DNA from: a virus
Strand: one strand, 5' to 3'
DNA length: 60,788 nucleotides
IMG/VR virus record: IMGVR_UViG_3300028610_001111
Below, piece after piece: positions 1-9,348 of the stretch. How positions within the stretch are numbered: the stretch's first letter is position 1; each line of letters begins with the position of its first letter. The position numbers and the translations under genes were made by a program. Under the pieces are notes generated by a model that saw only the letters and a program-made list of their open reading frames with translations, was not told the DNA's origin and did no database searches.

Positions 1-144
1 ACTTCTGAACGTTGGCAGAATCTCTTTGAGCTTGTGTCATTTCTTCTGTGCTAGCTGCAGGCTGTTCTACATCATGACCAAAAACAATTGCATCTAACTC
101 TGATACAGGTTGAGGGACTAAAAGACCGTCACTATTTTCAATAA
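1..144. repeat. terminal overlap identical to 60645..60788 (circular-genome assembly signature or short direct terminal repeat)
   Basis: Read base by base: acttctgaacgttggcagaatctc...gtcactattttcaataa is present at both window ends, 144/144 identical. Confidence 0.95.
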
Positions 145-2197
145 AATCTACTTTGCTTCTGAGTTTTGCTATATCTTGCTGAACCTTCTTTCTCTCAGCT
201 TTAGTCAAGCTAGGATTTCTGGATACTATAGAATCGTAAAGAGCTGTTCTCTTTTCTCCATCAGAAACATCTAAATCCCTGCTTATTTTATCTCGTAATT
301 CTGTTAGTATTTTATCGCCTTTAAGTGAAGCATCAGACAATCTTTTATTAACTAAGTCAGAAGTTTCTTTAGAAATTTCATCTGTGCTATCATCTATGTT
401 AAGCTTATACTTTTCTTCAGCAAGTGCTGATCTTGATTCGTGACGCATCAATTTAAGTCTTCTCAATGTTTGATCAGTAAATGGGTTTATTTCTTCCTTT
501 TCTTCTGTTTCAACTTCTTCATCTACTACTGGTTCTTCACCTTCTGCAGGCTCAACAGGTTCTTTGACTTCCTCAGGAGTCACGTTTATTACTCCGTCAC
601 CATCCATTGATACTGAATATGTTTTTCCTGATATACTTACATCCTTTATTTCTTCATGGACAAACAAAGCCTTGTAAACTGATTTATTTAAGATTCCTTT
701 AGCTTTTACTGAATCTAGTTTTACACCTCCCTCTTCAGGGATATTACTCTTCAAACTTATTGCAAGCACCTCTGCAAGACCTGTTGTGTCTTCATCATAC
801 CATTGGCCAGTTTGTTTTCTTATCGCTTTAACCTGCATGTCATTGTCGTCTATAAGTGAATTAAGATCTTCTCTTTGCGACATGCTTATAAGTTGAGTAT
901 TAAACTCAGGCACAGTTTCAGACAGCATATTTATTACAGCTTCTTCTCCTTGCTTCATAGTCTCTCTTAATACGTTCTGATTGATATCACCTTTCACTAT
1001 TGCTGTCTTAAAAGTCTCGACATAATCCAACGGAGATCGTTCTGTATCGTTTGCAGCTAGATTAACAGATATATTAAATATGATATTTCCTGCCTGCTGA
1101 GATGCTTCTTCACCAATTATAGGTGAAACACTTTCAGCTATCTGACTCGTTTGGAAAGCTAGTTCCTCAATTAATACAATGTCAGTTTTGCCTTCAACTG
1201 TAGCTGCTGCATCTAATGTTTTAGAATCTGGTTTCTGAGCTATTCTTTTCTTTCTATCTGCTAGTCTTCTAGCCTGGTTACTTCCTCCGAAAGCTCCCAT
1301 TAATATTGCAGTAGGTGCAGTAGCGAATGGAGTAGCTATCATGGTTTCAACAAAGTCTTTAGGATTTACATCTGTATTGCCTGTTAAGGCTATATCTGAT
1401 ATTGCTTTGAAAGCTAGATCAGGGATTTCCTCAAGAAAAGTTTCTTCACCAACTGAAGCAGCAACTCTACCAAGATAACTTTTAGGCCATCTTGACATTT
1501 TAGCCATGAGTCCTGTACGAACAACAGCATCATCAATATTGTCAATACCGTTTAAAGCCCATGATGTAACCTTATTCTCTATGCCTTTACCGTAAAACCT
1601 TTCAGGACCGGCCATCTTCTCAAGCATGAACGTAACACCTGTCCTTACAGTAGCTCCTAATGAAGCCATTTCGGGTGTTGCACCCATATCTTCAAGTTCA
1701 GCTTTGTTTGCTCCCCAGGATCGCATACCAACGCTTGTAAGCAGTCCTGCGCTACGACCTAATGATACAAATTTCTGCATACTACTGCCTGCTTTAAAAA
1801 GCTTTCCGGCTAAAGCACCTACTCCAGCTCCTGAATATTGAGATGCAACCATAGTGACGAGTTCAGGTATACCAGTACCTGTGAAGTATGCAGCTTTATT
1901 AGCAAATCCTTTTGAAGGACGTTCTTCACCTCTGGAAAGCTGTCTTCCTCTTGATATGTCTGATGCTTCTTTAGCTGGCTGAAACCCTAATTCTCCGAGA
2001 GTTTGAAGAGGACCCTCTATAAAAGAATCTCTGAATCCTGATTTCATTCCTTTTTTAAACTCTTCACCTATACCTCTGTTTATAGGGTCAGTTTCTCCGG
2101 TTTTCTCTCTTTGTAAAATACTAGTTCCTGTGCCGGTTACGAATTCATCATCAATAGGATTCTCTAAATCAATAATATCATCAAATATCTTACTCAT
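1..2197 (-). CDS. giant virion-associated protein, N-terminal ~732 codons (single 1,792-codon ORF that continues at 60644..57463 across the circular junction)
   Basis: ATG at 2197-2195 directly follows the TAA (2200-2198) of the upstream gene. My hand translation of the minus strand from 2197 to 1 has no stop (MSKIFDDIIDLENPIDDEFVTGTGTSILQREKTGE...GAGVGALAGKLFKAGSSMQKFVSLGRSAGLLTSVGMRSWGAN...). It ends ...QPAASTEEMTQAQRDSANVQKW, in frame with track ORF 57463..60684. It is absent from the track because it runs off the window edge. Confidence 0.8.
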   Translation of the reverse strand, partial: MSKIFDDIIDLENPIDDEFVTGTGTSILQREKTGETDPINRGIGEEFKKGMKSGFRDSFIEGPLQTLGELGFQPAKEASDISRGRQLSRGEERPSKGFANKAAYFTGTGIPELVTMVASQYSGAGVGALAGKLFKAGSSMQKFVSLGRSAGLLTSVGMRSWGANKAELEDMGATPEMASLGATVRTGVTFMLEKMAGPERFYGKGIENKVTSWALNGIDNIDDAVVRTGLMAKMSRWPKSYLGRVAASVGEETFLEEIPDLAFKAISDIALTGNTDVNPKDFVETMIATPFATAPTAILMGAFGGSNQARRLADRKKRIAQKPDSKTLDAAATVEGKTDIVLIEELAFQTSQIAESVSPIIGEEASQQAGNIIFNISVNLAANDTERSPLDYVETFKTAIVKGDINQNVLRETMKQGEEAVINMLSETVPEFNTQLISMSQREDLNSLIDDNDMQVKAIRKQTGQWYDEDTTGLAEVLAISLKSNIPEEGGVKLDSVKAKGILNKSVYKALFVHEEIKDVSISGKTYSVSMDGDGVINVTPEEVKEPVEPAEGEEPVVDEEVETEEKEEINPFTDQTLRRLKLMRHESRSALAEEKYKLNIDDSTDEISKETSDLVNKRLSDASLKGDKILTELRDKISRDLDVSDGEKRTALYDSIVSRNPSLTKAERKKVQQDIAKLRSKVDFIENSDGLLVPQPVSELDAIVFGHDVEQPAASTEEMTQAQRDSANVQK

Positions 2198-5100
2198 TTA
2201 AATCTCCCTCAATGCATCTGTATAGACCTTATCGAAGTCTTGTTTTGTAATTTTTTGCTTATCATTAAGTTTTTTAAAATCTGTAATCTTCTTTGCCTCT
2301 TCTACATATTCCTTCTGCCATTCCTTATCCAGTGAATCATTAAACAGTTCTATAAATTTGGCAGGATCTTCAGTGCTCATTCTATCTAATATTTTACGTC
2401 CTGTCACTTGTCCATACCTATCTACAAAAGGTATCAGCATTCTTCTTGATGCTCTGTCAGATACTATCTTGCTTCTTCTTAAATCTACAGTCCTCTTTCC
2501 TGTTAATTCTGCATCTAATTTTGTTGTAGCATTAAGTTTTGCATCTTTCTTTATATCTGAAGGAACGCTAATCCATTCAGGATCTTGACCCAATTTAAGA
2601 ATAGCATCATCTATCTTTTTAGTATTCACAGTCAATAAACCTTTTGATTCAACAAGTCCTTCAAGATTTTCCATAGCAATTCTGGATTCTTCTGATACCT
2701 GTCCTTTAGCAACTCTAAGATCTTCTATTAACTGATCCTTTGCTATTCCTCCATCCTCTATTTGTCCTTTACTAACTTCATCAATTTTTAAGTCAATTGG
2801 CTGCTTGTTAAATATCTGATCTATATTGACTCTTGCAGTCGTGTCGGAATTTTTGATTGTATCTGAGTTGCTTGCTATGTATTGAGCTACTGCAAGTTTA
2901 ACTCCTATTCTTCTTAATGATCCGTCTCCTGACTGAAGCAATTCCTGTATTACTGGCTCGTTACTGCTAAGACCGTCCTCTATAGCCCTTACATAAGACT
3001 CACCAATCTTTGCGCCTGTAACTGCGTTCTCAATCTTTCTGAGATCTTTTAGAGTGTTGATGTCTTTACTTCCATCTTCTCCTACAGTTATTACCGATGA
3101 CTGAGCATATGTGTTTAGAGCATTATTAAGTTCATCTGTTCTTGTTTGATTACCCGTATTTATTTCAGATAATTCATCATCTGTTAAAGATCTGCCTAGT
3201 CTTGATTGAATAGCATTAGGATCTGCTACTATAGATTCATTTTGGAAATCTCTATCAGTACCATCTAAAGCAGAAATTACGCTGCTCTGTGTGGTTCTTC
3301 TATATAAATCAATAAGACCTGCTTTATTTGTTGGATCAACATCTGTTTGAGATAATACATTTGGTACTGATGATCTCTGATATCCAAAATCAGATAATTT
3401 AGGAGTCTTTTTTCCGCCCCAAACTTTTCCGTCTTTATACTCACTCTGAGTACTATCAAATTTAAGCCTCAATGGATCATCTTCAGGTAGTCCATTAATC
3501 TTTTCTATAAAATCTTCAGTGTCTTTGTTTGCTATAACTATGTCATTGCCGCTGTAATCAATAACTTTCATCTCATCAAGAATCACGTTTTTCCTAGAAA
3601 CATCATTCATTGAAATCAATGCATCATTCTTTGCTATATTATCATTCTTCTGTTGAGCCTCAAATTCAAATGCTCTTGCTTTATTGCTTCCGTCTAGAGT
3701 TAAACGCATGCTGTTGTATAGATCATTTATAGGTCCGTATTTCCTTGCTGCTTCTTTATTACCTGATATAGCAAAAGCAATTCCTTCATGAACATATTCC
3801 CTATCTTCTTTCGTCAGCGTTCCGAGTATTCCAGGTTTGAATTCATTGCCTACTATATAATTAGCAAGTCCTCCTGCTTTTTCAACACCTTCCACAAATG
3901 ATGAATCTCTCGAAGCTTCTGCTATATCAAATGTATCATTAAAATCAGATACAAAATCTCTCACAGCTTTATGAGCCTTGTCTTGATCCTCAACAACTAC
4001 AGCTCTAGCGTTTACTACTTTTTCGTCAATCTGAAGAAATACCTGATCAAGGATCTCCCTGTAAACTATCTTATCACCCTCTTCATTCTGATCTAATTCA
4101 TCTATAACTGATTTTATTGCTGACTCTATGTCTTTACCTTCTGTAACTCTATCAATAGATTTAGTTGCCATTGATTGAACAGACTGTGTTTCGTCTATTG
4201 TTGCCAATATTATGCCTGTAGGAAGTTCTGCGGTTTCCTGTATTGTATCTTTATTATTGAGTATATCAAGTTCGTCTTCATTTACCGAACCTGTCTTGAT
4301 CATTATTTTCTGAACATCTGGACTTTCTATATCATAGTTACCTGCATTGATTGTAGATATAGCATGATCTTCTTCAGCTTTTTTAAGCTCTGCTTCTGAA
4401 GGCTTTGCAACCTTCATTCTTCCTGCATTCTCTCCTTTTTGTTCTACAGTGACACCAAAAACAGCTTTCCATCTTTCATAGTCTTCAGTGTATCTTATAT
4501 TAGATCCGTCAAGCCATTGCTCTTTAACTTTACTGAATTCTTCTTCAGTCATGTCTGAGTTTTTCTCAGAAAGAAAAGTAAGAAATTTAGGCTCATTTAT
4601 AGATTTTTCAAGACCGAGCATCTTGGAAGCCAATACTTCTTTTTTATCTAATGCGCTTTGTTTTGCTTCGAGAACTGCACTGGCTCTGAATCTTCGCTGA
4701 TAAAGAGGCTTATTAACTTCTCTAGCTACTACTTCTGAAGCATATCCGCTTATGACTGGATTACTTTTATACTTCTTAAGAAAATCGTCTACATCATCAG
4801 ATGATTGAATATTAGGCAATACTTCGGTGAAATCGGAATTAAACTGAGATTCTGCTTCATCTCTCATTTCAAGATATTGTCTACCTGCAGAAGATGCTGA
4901 AAGTTGTGGCTCTATTGCCTGAAATTCGTCTTCATCAAGAGCTACAGCATTTGCGGGATCAGCAAGTATAGCATTTATCTTTTCTGCTGTGTCACCTATC
5001 CTGCTTGCTGGCAATGAATTCTGAGCCTCTCCTCTTCTTCTGCGTCTACCTGTGAGTCCTACTACATCGTCTTTAATTGTACCTTTTACTGCAGCTGTAA

Positions 5101-5581
5101 ACCCTCTATCTTCCGACTGTTTACGTTCGAAAGCAATAAGCCTTTCTCTGTTGACGTTAAGTTTATCGGGGTCTGCTCTTATTATAGCTGGTCTGACACT
5201 AGCTATTGCAAAAGCTATTTCTTCGTCACTTTTAATAGGAAATGGCTGAGACAGCCTGTCTCCTACTTGATCTACTGATGCTATAGCACCTGGTCTGATC
5301 TGTTCTTCACCTTCTATCTGTAAACTCGTAACACCTGATTGATCCTGTAGCGTCCCTGAAGCTCTTGCGGCATCGAGGGCTTCTTCTTCAGCCTGATGGG
5401 ATAAGTTAATCCTTGCTCTTATATCTGCATCAGTTTCGCCTTCTTCTGTAGGGCCTCCGAAGAACTGTTCATCTACTTCAGTTCTTATTCTAAATCGTTC
5501 GTCAATTTGTCTCTGCTTAAAATCTTTTGCTTTTCTTATTTTATCATCTATTGTTTCTTGTGTTGATATATCAGGTGGCAT
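2198..5581 (-). CDS. large (1,127 aa) highly charged, helix-rich virion/internal (ejection-type) protein, function unknown
   Basis: Track ORF. Its stop abuts the start of the giant ORF. Very D/E/K-rich with long predicted helical stretches and no catalytic motif recognised. Position is at the distal end of the structural operon. Confidence 0.6.
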   Translation of the reverse strand: MPPDISTQETIDDKIRKAKDFKQRQIDERFRIRTEVDEQFFGGPTEEGETDADIRARINLSHQAEEEALDAARASGTLQDQSGVTSLQIEGEEQIRPGAIASVDQVGDRLSQPFPIKSDEEIAFAIASVRPAIIRADPDKLNVNRERLIAFERKQSEDRGFTAAVKGTIKDDVVGLTGRRRRRGEAQNSLPASRIGDTAEKINAILADPANAVALDEDEFQAIEPQLSASSAGRQYLEMRDEAESQFNSDFTEVLPNIQSSDDVDDFLKKYKSNPVISGYASEVVAREVNKPLYQRRFRASAVLEAKQSALDKKEVLASKMLGLEKSINEPKFLTFLSEKNSDMTEEEFSKVKEQWLDGSNIRYTEDYERWKAVFGVTVEQKGENAGRMKVAKPSEAELKKAEEDHAISTINAGNYDIESPDVQKIMIKTGSVNEDELDILNNKDTIQETAELPTGIILATIDETQSVQSMATKSIDRVTEGKDIESAIKSVIDELDQNEEGDKIVYREILDQVFLQIDEKVVNARAVVVEDQDKAHKAVRDFVSDFNDTFDIAEASRDSSFVEGVEKAGGLANYIVGNEFKPGILGTLTKEDREYVHEGIAFAISGNKEAARKYGPINDLYNSMRLTLDGSNKARAFEFEAQQKNDNIAKNDALISMNDVSRKNVILDEMKVIDYSGNDIVIANKDTEDFIEKINGLPEDDPLRLKFDSTQSEYKDGKVWGGKKTPKLSDFGYQRSSVPNVLSQTDVDPTNKAGLIDLYRRTTQSSVISALDGTDRDFQNESIVADPNAIQSRLGRSLTDDELSEINTGNQTRTDELNNALNTYAQSSVITVGEDGSKDINTLKDLRKIENAVTGAKIGESYVRAIEDGLSSNEPVIQELLQSGDGSLRRIGVKLAVAQYIASNSDTIKNSDTTARVNIDQIFNKQPIDLKIDEVSKGQIEDGGIAKDQLIEDLRVAKGQVSEESRIAMENLEGLVESKGLLTVNTKKIDDAILKLGQDPEWISVPSDIKKDAKLNATTKLDAELTGKRTVDLRRSKIVSDRASRRMLIPFVDRYGQVTGRKILDRMSTEDPAKFIELFNDSLDKEWQKEYVEEAKKITDFKKLNDKQKITKQDFDKVYTDALREI

Positions 5582-5590
5582 GTTAACTCC

Positions 5591-6619
5591 TTATGATGTC
5601 AATATCTTAACAAATGTATTAACTAATCTATTTGCGTTATTTCTTATATCATATTTAGATAAAAGCTTTCTTCTTCCATGTGCTCCCATTATTCTTCTAA
5701 AGTCGTTTTCTAATACAAGTTTTTCTATGTGATCATACCATTCATTTTTATTATGCACAAGAAAACCATCAACATTATCTTCAATTTTGTCTGAATATTC
5801 ATCAATAGCAGAAACTACAGGTGCTATACCTAAAGCCCAATACTGGAATATTTTTATGGCACTTTTGCATTTATTAAATTTATTAATCAATAATGGCGCT
5901 ATTCCTATATCTATATTTTTCATAGAATCAGGCAATACATCTATAGGAACCCATTCTATGGTAGTTATTCTGTCCTCAAATTTTTGAAACTTTTTACCTA
6001 ATTGTTCCCATCCTACCCATCCTATAAGAAGCAATTCAGTATTGTCATATTTTTCCATTATATCATATATAGAATCTGTGACCAAAGGCATGTCATGAGC
6101 ATGTGAACCTGACCCCATATAACCTATAGTTATATTATCTTTTAATATTGTTTGCTTTTCTGCATAAGAATTATCCCATCTTTCGACATCAAGATAATTT
6201 TCTACGATATGAATAGGTACGTTGCATGCTTCTTCCCTGACTCTTTTAGCCATTACTTCTGTAGATACCATGACTGCATCGGCTTCGTTCATGAATGATA
6301 CAATATTTGACTGTATTCTAGGATCTGAATATAACTTATATGGCTCTATAAATTCTTTAGGAGTATTAAGTAGATCGTCATCAAGTTCATATACTGTTTT
6401 TATACCTAGCTTTTTAGCAAATATCATTTTTTCTAACAAATCTACTGAATGAGATCTCTGAAAAACCATTATATGAGTGTTAGGATAATCTGATATATAT
6501 ACTTTTCCCTTGCAGTCTATTCTGCAAGATCCATTATCTTTGTTTATCTCTCGTGCAGGAACCTCTGCCCTAACATACCCACAAGCAAAATCGTCTTGCA
6601 TAAACCATTTTACATTCAT
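5591..6619 (-). CDS. glycosyltransferase, GT-B fold (GT1/GT4-like)
   Basis: The C-terminal half reads ...IDIGIAPLL..NKCKSAIKIFQYWALGIAPVVSAIDEYSDKIEDNVDGFLV... This matches the nucleotide-sugar-binding pattern K..K..EY.A.G.PVV.S......I.....G.LV of retaining GT-B enzymes. Confidence 0.75.
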   Translation of the reverse strand: MNVKWFMQDDFACGYVRAEVPAREINKDNGSCRIDCKGKVYISDYPNTHIMVFQRSHSVDLLEKMIFAKKLGIKTVYELDDDLLNTPKEFIEPYKLYSDPRIQSNIVSFMNEADAVMVSTEVMAKRVREEACNVPIHIVENYLDVERWDNSYAEKQTILKDNITIGYMGSGSHAHDMPLVTDSIYDIMEKYDNTELLLIGWVGWEQLGKKFQKFEDRITTIEWVPIDVLPDSMKNIDIGIAPLLINKFNKCKSAIKIFQYWALGIAPVVSAIDEYSDKIEDNVDGFLVHNKNEWYDHIEKLVLENDFRRIMGAHGRRKLLSKYDIRNNANRLVNTFVKILTS

Positions 6620-6635
6620 TACAACTCCTTTTTAA

Positions 6636-8657
6636 TTATTTCCAATCAAAGTCCCATCTTAAAATCCAGACTGATCCTCCATCTTCAAATATATAGTCTC
6701 TACTTATTCCGTCTGGATCTCCAGGCCATGATATTGACTGAACAGGATTAGCAGAATTTGAACTAATTGAAATAATATTAAACTCATAGTTTTGAAGGAT
6801 ATTTGTAGATTCAAATACTTGCGACATCTTATTGCTAGCTATACTGTCATTAGTTACTACAGAATCAAAATCAAAAACATCATAATAATGAGTATTAGTA
6901 AATGGACCTGATTCAGGTTCAAACCTTCGTCCGTCAAACGGAACATTCATTTTCATGTATAATTCTGTTGTATGACTGGTGTTTGTATCTATACCTGTAA
7001 TTGTGTGTGGATTATCAGGCAACCTTCGTTCTGAATCATACCCATATTTATTAATAGCATTATGATCGTAGATCTGCTTAGCATCTATCCTGTAAAATGC
7101 AGGGTCAATAGCAGAGTAAGTGCTTGCAGCCCATAATACATTCTGTGTTGATTCTGCTGCAAGAAAGTTTGTTGATGAAGCAATTGCTGTTCTAATCCAT
7201 CCGTTTGTTTGTCTATTCCCGAATGTTTCGTTTTCCTTTGTCATTATCATGTGTGACAGAATTTTCCACCGTTCATTGATATCTAAAGCGTAAAGCCTAT
7301 ATGGTCTATCACCGTAAAGAGCAAAGTTTCCTTTATACTGAATATTTATAACGTCACTTGGATTATCCCAACTAGCGGCAACAGTAATATTGCTAATATC
7401 ATACCATAACTCTGAAAGTGATATAGGATTTGTACTTCCAATAACTATAGTTTCTCCTGCAGCTATTGTAGTTTGATTACTTACTACTAAAACAGAACCT
7501 GTTATTGATACAGTTAATGATGAGAAAATATTTGTTCCATGAAGTCTATACTGTAATACAGGAAAATTATTTTCATCATAATATCGTTTATCAAATTCTT
7601 GTATATCTATAAATATACCATCTTCAGAACCTCTTGCTATTGTTGTTCCAGGCGGATTTACACCGAAAAACTGCGCAGTCCATGATGCAGTAAATATTCC
7701 TGATGCACTTGTATAATATGACAATATAGGACTATAAAAGCCTAACGGAGTAATAGCATATTCATTTGTTGATGCAGGGTTTTGTAGTATTTTTATGGAT
7801 GGGTTATTCATATGCGTATAGTAAATTCCATTTGTTATTTCAGAGTAAAGACCGTTTACGCCACTAGAACCAAATCCTCTAGCCTCCACGAAAACGTTAG
7901 ATCCGTATGGTCTATGTAATTCTGATAAAATATAGGAATTAGTTGTTGACGGTCGCCTAGTAAAAAAAGCATCACCACCCGCAATGTATCCCCATTCGTT
8001 AGTAATAGGATCACGAACAATCCCTACATCTAGAACTGTGAACATATTGGCCTTACTAGCTAGAAATACATTAGTTGCGTAACGCTGAAAAATATTTGTA
8101 GTGTTAACGATAAATGCTCCTGCAACAGTATGCACACTTGTTGCAGTCATACTTTGAGAAAACCAGTTAGTTATGTCATTGGTAGCAATATTTACGGCAA
8201 CAAATTTGTTTGCAGTGAAAAGATCGTCAATGGCTCCATCTAATTCGCTCATATAAAAATGAGTAATATACGTATGACCAGTAGCCAAAGATGAATCAGT
8301 TTTTGTATATTCAAATGCTCTACCTGCATTGGTTGTTGTTACAAGAATATTGGTTTCGAATATATTTGTGTATATTCCTGTATCTAAACCGTTCGTCCAT
8401 GGAATAATATTTGTACCCCATGTATCAAATACGCTCCATGTTTCGACTATCTCGATTGGAGGCAAACCAACTGCAAAAGTTTTTTCCACAATACTGCTAG
8501 CTATTTGACCGCGTATATAATTATTGGTTTTATTTACAATATTCCAATCGACACCGTTTGTAGATATTGGGAGATTTTGAAAGTCAGACAACACTGCATT
8601 AGATATTAGAAAAAAGCATAAACTATATAGTAGCAAACGCATTATAGTCACCCTCAT
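6636..8657 (-). CDS. large signal-peptide-bearing structural/tail-spike-like protein (673 aa)
   Basis: Track ORF. N-terminus MRVTIMRLLLYSLCFFLISNAVLS|DF has an n-h-c signal-peptide layout. The rest is T/N/S/Y-rich and looks beta-rich. The start may be the internal Met at 8642. Confidence 0.55.
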   Translation of the reverse strand: MRVTIMRLLLYSLCFFLISNAVLSDFQNLPISTNGVDWNIVNKTNNYIRGQIASSIVEKTFAVGLPPIEIVETWSVFDTWGTNIIPWTNGLDTGIYTNIFETNILVTTTNAGRAFEYTKTDSSLATGHTYITHFYMSELDGAIDDLFTANKFVAVNIATNDITNWFSQSMTATSVHTVAGAFIVNTTNIFQRYATNVFLASKANMFTVLDVGIVRDPITNEWGYIAGGDAFFTRRPSTTNSYILSELHRPYGSNVFVEARGFGSSGVNGLYSEITNGIYYTHMNNPSIKILQNPASTNEYAITPLGFYSPILSYYTSASGIFTASWTAQFFGVNPPGTTIARGSEDGIFIDIQEFDKRYYDENNFPVLQYRLHGTNIFSSLTVSITGSVLVVSNQTTIAAGETIVIGSTNPISLSELWYDISNITVAASWDNPSDVINIQYKGNFALYGDRPYRLYALDINERWKILSHMIMTKENETFGNRQTNGWIRTAIASSTNFLAAESTQNVLWAASTYSAIDPAFYRIDAKQIYDHNAINKYGYDSERRLPDNPHTITGIDTNTSHTTELYMKMNVPFDGRRFEPESGPFTNTHYYDVFDFDSVVTNDSIASNKMSQVFESTNILQNYEFNIISISSNSANPVQSISWPGDPDGISRDYIFEDGGSVWILRWDFDWK

Positions 8658-9348
8658 GTCTAATATCTGTCATTATATAATCAGCTCCTACTGCTAAAAA
8701 CTGGACAAGAGGAATATAGAATGTGTCAGCATTATTGTCTGATACGCTTGATGCATGTAACAATGTTGCTGAATCATTGTTTATATCTACACTTATGTAA
8801 ACCTCCTCTACACTACCCGTAAGAGTCACAGAGTCTTCTGAAAAAATTATTGTTGTATCACCTAATCTTATACGTCCTGCTGATATTGTGCATGTAGTGC
8901 CGCTTAAAGAGTGTTTAAGCGTTGTAACTCCTGAAGATGGTATTACTTCTTCAACAGGTACAGTAAATGGGATATCATCGTCTTCTACATTATCAAGCCT
9001 TGATTCTATATCATTTAGTCTAGATGATGTGATTTCGCCAGGTAACGGCAATGCAGTAGCCACCTCAATAGCAGGAGTTGTAATGTCTTCTATTGGTGTG
9101 ATAGGAATATCTACTGCATTGCCAATATCAATTTCTACTTCTATTTCATTATCTTCCTCTGTAGTTGCTTCAAAAATATTTTCAGGAAAGTATTTTTCTC
9201 TGAATAATTCAGATTTACTTTTTCTTGAAGTTTCAATAAGGATTTGGTTTTCTTCTTTATTTTCTCCAAGTTTAGAAGTTAGGGATGATAATTCTCCTTT
9301 AGCTTCAGACATGTTTCTTTCATCTACTAATGTTAAGTTATCACTCAT
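8623..9348 (-). CDS. hypothetical virion protein with acidic N-terminal half
   Basis: Track ORF, co-oriented and overlapping both neighbours by a few codons; no motif recognised. Confidence 0.5.
   Translation of the reverse strand: MSDNLTLVDERNMSEAKGELSSLTSKLGENKEENQILIETSRKSKSELFREKYFPENIFEATTEEDNEIEVEIDIGNAVDIPITPIEDITTPAIEVATALPLPGEITSSRLNDIESRLDNVEDDDIPFTVPVEEVIPSSGVTTLKHSLSGTTCTISAGRIRLGDTTIIFSEDSVTLTGSVEEVYISVDINNDSATLLHASSVSDNNADTFYIPLVQFLAVGADYIMTDIRHEGDYNAFATI

Noticed and set aside
1-144. Terminal repeats as boundaries of a transposon or integrated prophage
   Set aside because: The copies are direct repeats at the extreme ends of the contig with an ORF running through the junction. 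That fits circular closure of a phage genome, not insertion boundaries, and no flanking host sequence is present.
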